Assembly: GCF_000017305.1 (NCBI RefSeq)
Contig: NC_009664.2
Span: 2,490,001-2,522,000 of the forward strand
DNA: 32,000 nucleotides
From: Kineococcus radiotolerans SRS30216 = ATCC BAA-149
GTDB lineage: Bacteria > Actinomycetota > Actinomycetes > Actinomycetales > Kineococcaceae
Reading direction: 5' to 3'
Of the stretch, positions 27,856-32,000 are shown in pieces (positions within the stretch are counted from its first letter, which is position 1; every line of letters starts with the position of its first letter). The notes beneath the pieces are model-generated. The model saw only the letters and a list, made by a program, of their open reading frames with translations, did no database searches and was not told where the DNA came from. A program made the translations under genes and the position numbers.

Positions 27856-28857
27856 GTGACCTGGATCGACGCCCCGGCGCACCGCCCCCGCACCCCCGCC
27901 CCGGTGCCGCGCCACCTGGCGGGGATCTCCGTCGCGCGCGCCCGCGCCCGGGCCCTCGTCGAGCGGCCCGGCCCGTTCGACGACGACGCCGTGCTGGTGC
28001 GGGACACCACCGTGCGCGGGGCGGCGGGCCCGCTGCCCGCCCGCACCTACCGCCCCCGCGCCGGTGGCCGGGGGGTGGTCCTGTTCCTGCACGGCGGCGG
28101 GTGGGCGCTGGGCGACCTGGACACCGACGACGCGGTGTGCCGCCGGATCGCGGCCGACGCCGGGACCGCGGTGCTCGGCCTGGGCTACCGCCTCGCCCCG
28201 GAGCACCCCCACCCCGCGGCCCTGGAGGACGCCTCGGCCGTGCTGCGGGCCCTCGCCGACCGCGGGGCCGGCGGGGTCGGCGGGCCCGGGGAGCCGCTCG
28301 CGGTGGCCGGGGCCGAGGCCGGGGCGCAGCTCGCGGCCGTCCTGGCGCTGCGCTCGCGCGCGGGCTCGGTCCCGCCCCTGGCCCACCAGGTGCTGCTGTG
28401 CCCGGTCCTGGACAGCGACCTGACCCGCCCCTCCCACCGCGAGCACGGGCACGGCCCGGAGCTGACCGTGGAGGACCTGGCCTGGTTCTGGCGGATGCAC
28501 GTGCCCGACCGCGCGGCGCGGCGGCGCCCCGACGTCTCCCCGCTGCGGGTGCCCGACCCCACCGGGCTCGCCCCGGCCACCCTCGTCGTCGCCGGGGCCG
28601 ACCCGCTGCGCGACGAGGGCCTGGCCCACGCCGGTCGGCTGACCGCCGCCGGCGTCGACGCGCACCGCGTCCTCGCCGGGGACGCCCGGCACGGGTTCGC
28701 GACGCGGCCGGGGTCGCCCGACGCCGACGCGGCGCTGCGCGCGGTCACCGACCGCCTCCGCCCGGCGCTGGCCCCGGCGGCCCGGACCGCCGCGGGCGCG
28801 CGCGTGATCGACCTGCGCGCGCCGGTCCGCGTGGCCGGGGCCCGGAGCGCGCCGTAG
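27856..28857 (+). CDS. alpha/beta-hydrolase fold protein of the hormone-sensitive-lipase (HSL/'HGGG') family, lacking the nucleophile serine
   Basis: GTG 27856 has GAGGAGG 4 nt upstream (in frame with track ORF 26872..28857). Oxyanion motif LHGGGWALGD, YRLAPEHPHPAAL, acid motif ADPLRDEG, and His in RHGF. The G-D-S-A-G elbow reads G-A-E-A-G (28309-28323). Confidence 0.75.
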   Translation: MTWIDAPAHRPRTPAPVPRHLAGISVARARARALVERPGPFDDDAVLVRDTTVRGAAGPLPARTYRPRAGGRGVVLFLHGGGWALGDLDTDDAVCRRIAADAGTAVLGLGYRLAPEHPHPAALEDASAVLRALADRGAGGVGGPGEPLAVAGAEAGAQLAAVLALRSRAGSVPPLAHQVLLCPVLDSDLTRPSHREHGHGPELTVEDLAWFWRMHVPDRAARRRPDVSPLRVPDPTGLAPATLVVAGADPLRDEGLAHAGRLTAAGVDAHRVLAGDARHGFATRPGSPDADAALRAVTDRLRPALAPAARTAAGARVIDLRAPVRVAGARSAP

Positions 28858-28866
28858 GGTCCGGGC

Positions 28867-29694
28867 ATGACTCAGGCGACCCCCCAGGTGACCTTGCACG
28901 ACGGCGTCGGGATCCCCCAGCTGGGGTTCGGCGTGTGGCAGGTCCCCCCGGAGCAGACCGCCGAGGTCGTGCTCCGGGCCCTGCAGGCCGGCTACCGCCA
29001 CATCGACACCGCCGCCGGGTACGGCAACGAGGCCGGGGTCGGGGACGCGTTGCGCGCCAGCCAGATCCCGCGCGAGGACGTGTTCATCACGACCAAGCTC
29101 GCCAACAGCGAGCACGGCCGGGACAAGACCCTCGCCGCGTTCGACGCCTCGATGGCCAAGCTCGGCCTGGACTACCTCGACCTCTACCTCATCCACTGGC
29201 CGCTGCAGGCCGACGACTACGTCGAGACCTGGAAGGCGTTCGAGGAGATCAAGGCCTCGGGGCGGGTCCGCACCATCGGCGTCTCGAACTTCCAGAAGAC
29301 CCACCTGCGCAAGCTGCTCGACGAGACCGGCACCGTGCCCACCGTCAACCAGGTCGAGGTCCACCCCTACCTCGTGCAGGAGGACCTGCGCTCCTTCCAC
29401 GCCGAGCACGGCATCGCCACCGAGGCGTGGAGCCCGCTGGCCCAGCGGGCCGGGCTCGTCGAGGACCCCGTCGTCACGGGCATCGCCGAGCAGCTCGGGC
29501 GCACCCCCGCCCAGGTCGTCATCCGCTGGCACCTGCAGCAGGGCAACGTGGTGATCCCCAAGTCCGTCACCCCGGAGCGGATCGTGTCCAACATCGACGT
29601 GTTCGGCTTCGAGCTGCCCCCCGAGCAGGTCGACGCCCTCACCGGGCTCGACCGCGCCGAGCGCACCGGGCCCGACCCGGACGTCCTCGGCTGA
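28867..29694 (+). CDS. aldo/keto reductase (2,5-diketo-D-gluconate reductase-like)
   Basis: 275 aa. Motifs: GFGVWQV, GYRHIDTAAGYGNE (catalytic Tyr), ITTKL (Lys), LIHWP (His), IPKSVTPERI. It starts 9 nt after the preceding stop. Confidence 0.9.
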   Translation: MTQATPQVTLHDGVGIPQLGFGVWQVPPEQTAEVVLRALQAGYRHIDTAAGYGNEAGVGDALRASQIPREDVFITTKLANSEHGRDKTLAAFDASMAKLGLDYLDLYLIHWPLQADDYVETWKAFEEIKASGRVRTIGVSNFQKTHLRKLLDETGTVPTVNQVEVHPYLVQEDLRSFHAEHGIATEAWSPLAQRAGLVEDPVVTGIAEQLGRTPAQVVIRWHLQQGNVVIPKSVTPERIVSNIDVFGFELPPEQVDALTGLDRAERTGPDPDVLG

Positions 29695-29697
29695 CCC

Positions 29698-30066
29698 TCA
29701 GAGCAGGGAGAGCTCGAACCAGACGGTCTTGCCCGTCCCGACCGTCTCCGAACCCCACCGGCGGGCGAGGGTGTCGACGAGCGCGACACCCCGTCCGCCG
29801 GTGGCGGTCACCGGCACGTGCCGCACCTGCGGGAGGCCCGGGCCGCCGTCGCTGACCGAGACCCGCACCCACTCCGCGGCCCGGCGCAGCCGCACCTCGA
29901 TCGGCTCCCCGCCGTAGCGGACGGCGTTGGTGACCAGCTCCGTCGTCAGCAGCTCCAGGGTCTGGCTGACCTGGGTGGGGAGGGTCGTGGAGGCGAACTG
30001 CTCGCGCAACCACGCGCGGGCGCGCCGGGCCGCCGACGGGTCGGCCCGCAGCTCCAAGCGCGTCAT
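29698..30066 (-). CDS. RsbW-like anti-sigma-factor-type serine kinase (HATPase_c fold)
   Basis: The start is refined to ATG 30066 (in frame with track ORF 29698..30468). N-box ELVTNAVRYG, G1 SDGGPG, G2 GGRGVALVDTLA. 122 aa is typical of RsbW/SpoIIAB-like proteins. Confidence 0.7.
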   Translation of the reverse strand: MTRLELRADPSAARRARAWLREQFASTTLPTQVSQTLELLTTELVTNAVRYGGEPIEVRLRRAAEWVRVSVSDGGPGLPQVRHVPVTATGGRGVALVDTLARRWGSETVGTGKTVWFELSLL

Positions 30067-30169
30067 GCCACCCCGTCCGTCCCACCTCGTGTCCTCCCAA
30101 CTGTGGCACCAGGTTCCGCGTCGGCAACCGGGACCCGCCGCCGGGGGCACCGCGAGGCATGATGCACCG

Positions 30170-31900
30170 GTGGACGAACGGGTGCGCGGGCTCAGCAGCA
30201 CGACCCTGCTGCCGGCGCACCCCGACGGCGACTTCGACCGCTTCGCCCGGCTGGGCACCCTCGTCCTCGGCGTGCCCGTCGCGCTGGTCTCGATGGTCAG
30301 CCGCGACGGGCAGGTCTTCCCCGGCGCCGTCGGCCTGCCCGAGCCGTGGCAGACGCTGCGCCGGACCCCGCTGACCCACTCCCTGTGCCGGCACGTGGTC
30401 ACCTCCGGGGAGGTCTTCACCGTCGAGGACGCCCGGCTGGACCCCCTCACCGCGGACTCCCTGGCCATCCCCGACCTCGGCGTCGTCGCCTACGCCGGCG
30501 CCCCCCTGCGGCTGCCCGACCCCCTCACCGGGGTCGCCGACCCCGACGCACCCGTCGTGGGGGTGCTGTGCGCCATCGACGGCCGGCCGCGCCGCTGGAG
30601 CGCCGCTCAGGTCGAGGTCCTGGAGGACCTCGCCGCCGCCTGCTCCGCCGAGCTGGGCCTGCGGGTGCTGGAGGAGCGCAACCGCCTCCTGCTCAGCCTC
30701 GCCGACGCCCTCGTCGGGGCGCGCACCGTCGCCGACGTCGACGCCACCGTCGCGGCCGTCACCCGCTCCTGGCTCGGGGGCGCCTGGAGCGGGCTGGTGC
30801 TGGCCGACCCCGGTCACCGCCGGCTGCGCCGCGCCGCGCCCTCCGCCCCGCCCGCCGGCACCGGCGTGGAGGGGGAGTTCGTCGACCTCGACGACGAGGG
30901 ACCCGTCGCCCACGTCGCCCGCGAGCGCCGCCCGCTGCTCTTCGCCAGCGTGGAGGAGCTGCGCGAGGCGTTCCCGCGGGCCGCGACCGCGGCGGAACCG
31001 GCCTTCGCGGCCTCGGCCTACCTGCCGCTGCTGGTGCAGGAACGCCTCGTCGGGGTCCTGTGCCTGGTCTGGGACTCCGACCGCCTCACCCTCGGCGCCG
31101 AGGCGGACGTGTGGAGCGCCCTGGCCCGCTTCACTGCCCAGGCCCTGGACCGGGCGACCCTCGACTCCGAGCGGCGCTCGCGCGCGGAGGTGCTGCAGCG
31201 CTCGCTGCTGCCCCGGCTGCCCGAGGCGACGGGGGAGCTGCAGGTGCGGGGCCGCTACGTCCCCGCCAGCCGCGAGGAGGAGGTCGGCGGGGACTGGTAC
31301 GACGTCGTCGTGGGACCCGGCGGGGAGACCACCCTCGTCCTGGGCGACGTCGCGGGCCACGACGTGGTCGCCGCGGCGACCATGGGGCAGGTGCGCGGCC
31401 TGCTGCGCGCCTTCACCTGGGACCGGCCCGGGTCCCCCGGCGAGCTGGTGTCGCGGCTGGACTCCGCGATGGCGGGGCTCGGCGTGGACGGGCTCGCCAC
31501 CCTCGTCCTGGCCCGCGTGGAGCGCCGCGCGACGGCGGCGGGCACGCGCTACCGGCTGCGCTGGACCAACGCCGGTCACCCGCCGCCGGTGCTGCTGCAC
31601 CCCGACGGGAGGACCGAGCTGCTCGACGGCGCCTCCGACCTGCTCGTGGGGCTGCTGCCGCGGGTCGAGCGCCACGACCACGTCGCCGACGTCCCGCCCG
31701 GGGCGACCCTGGTGCTCTACACCGACGGGCTCATCGAGCACCGCGGCCGCAGCCTGGCCGGGGGGATCGCGCGGGCCCGCACCACCCTGGAGCGCCACGG
31801 CGGGTCCACCCTCGACGTCCTCCTCGACGACCTGCTGGGCGAGCTCGTCGGCACCCGCGGCGAGGACGACTGCGCGCTGCTCGCGGTGCGCTTCCCGTGA
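30170..31900 (+). CDS. GAF-GAF-PP2C (SpoIIE/RsbU-type) serine phosphatase
   Basis: The start is set at GTG 30170 (in frame with track ORF 29927..31900; codon bias is weak upstream). GAF1: FDRFARLGTLVLGVPVALVSMVSRDGQVF...SLCRHV...VEDARLDP. The PP2C/SpoIIE motifs are GGDWYDV, LGDVAGHD and LYTDGLIEHR. Confidence 0.8.
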   Translation: MDERVRGLSSTTLLPAHPDGDFDRFARLGTLVLGVPVALVSMVSRDGQVFPGAVGLPEPWQTLRRTPLTHSLCRHVVTSGEVFTVEDARLDPLTADSLAIPDLGVVAYAGAPLRLPDPLTGVADPDAPVVGVLCAIDGRPRRWSAAQVEVLEDLAAACSAELGLRVLEERNRLLLSLADALVGARTVADVDATVAAVTRSWLGGAWSGLVLADPGHRRLRRAAPSAPPAGTGVEGEFVDLDDEGPVAHVARERRPLLFASVEELREAFPRAATAAEPAFAASAYLPLLVQERLVGVLCLVWDSDRLTLGAEADVWSALARFTAQALDRATLDSERRSRAEVLQRSLLPRLPEATGELQVRGRYVPASREEEVGGDWYDVVVGPGGETTLVLGDVAGHDVVAAATMGQVRGLLRAFTWDRPGSPGELVSRLDSAMAGLGVDGLATLVLARVERRATAAGTRYRLRWTNAGHPPPVLLHPDGRTELLDGASDLLVGLLPRVERHDHVADVPPGATLVLYTDGLIEHRGRSLAGGIARARTTLERHGGSTLDVLLDDLLGELVGTRGEDDCALLAVRFP

Positions 31901-32000
31901 CCGGCTCCCTCACCGACGTCGCCGGGATCGAGGTCGGGCACGCCACCCGGCGCGGGGACGGCTGGCTCACCGGGGTCACCGCCGTCCTGCTCCCGCCGGG
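31897..32000 (+). CDS. 5' end of a DmpA / P1-family (S58) aminopeptidase-like gene, truncated by the window end
   Basis: The GTG overlaps the PP2C stop (GTGA at 31897-31900). The translation VTGSLTDVAGIEVGHATRRGDGWLTGVTAVLLPP matches the N-terminal ..TDV.G..VGH.t....TG.T.vl pattern I recall for DmpA-type peptidases. Confidence 0.45.
   Translation, partial: MTGSLTDVAGIEVGHATRRGDGWLTGVTAVLLPP

Noticed and set aside
26725-29855. 935-aa minus-strand and 904-aa plus-strand ORFs spanning the deaminase-like, esterase-like and AKR genes, plus the first 328 codons of track ORF 26872..28857
   Set aside because: These are low-complexity Arg/Gly/Pro/Ala translations that overlap genes with recognisable family motifs in other frames or on the other strand.
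29639-31798. 719-aa minus-strand ORF opposite the GAF-PP2C gene, and the 5' extensions of track ORFs 29698..30468 and 29927..31900
   Set aside because: The 719-aa ORF is a shadow ORF. The extensions would make the two divergent genes overlap each other, and they lack coding bias. ATG 30065 as the phosphatase start would overlap the kinase start codon, and the intervening codons have many A/T third positions.

Overview
This is a very GC-rich, actinobacterial-type chromosomal segment. Third codon positions are almost all G/C, so many long ORFs in the track are antisense or out-of-frame shadow ORFs.

Layout:
(1) 1-1.7 kb: small unknown ORFs and a frameshifted remnant resembling a Fic-family C-terminus.
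(2) 1.8-4.8 kb: an in-frame fusion of a DUF1537 four-carbon acid-sugar kinase with a PdxA-family dehydrogenase, followed by a DeoR regulator.
(3) 4.8-7.35 kb, minus strand: an RsbQ/KAI2-type alpha/beta hydrolase translationally coupled (GTGA) to a PAS-GGDEF(degenerate)-EAL protein.
(4) 8.5-14.1 kb: a complete rrn operon (16S-23S-5S, no spacer tRNA) with candidate tandem promoters, conserved leader/spacer boxes and a ~90-nt terminator hairpin.
(5) 14.7-20.1 kb, minus strand: a two-gene ABC exporter, a Zn-dependent dehydrogenase and an SRPBCC-like protein.
(6) 20.3-22.0 kb: a very acidic 406-aa unknown protein plus a GrpB-like nucleotidyltransferase.
(7) A divergent LysR/MFS pair with a perfect 21-bp palindrome between them.
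(8) 24.6-26.7 kb, the most interesting locus: a polymorphic-toxin-like gene (WXG-type N-terminus, RNase-A-like C-terminus) tightly coupled to a two-domain gene whose C-terminus looks like a CdiI-type immunity protein.
(9) 26.8-29.7 kb: an adenine-deaminase-like protein and an HSL-esterase-like protein that have both lost key catalytic residues, a 3 x 11-bp phased repeat between them, and an aldo/keto reductase.
(10) 29.7-32 kb: an RsbW-like kinase, a GAF-GAF-PP2C phosphatase and the start of a DmpA/P1-type peptidase.

I saw no tRNA, CRISPR array, transposase or integrase. All family calls come from motif recognition by eye, with no searches run. CDS ends come from the ORF track. Hand-derived coordinates (refined starts, RNA ends, hairpins, motifs) may be off by a few nt.
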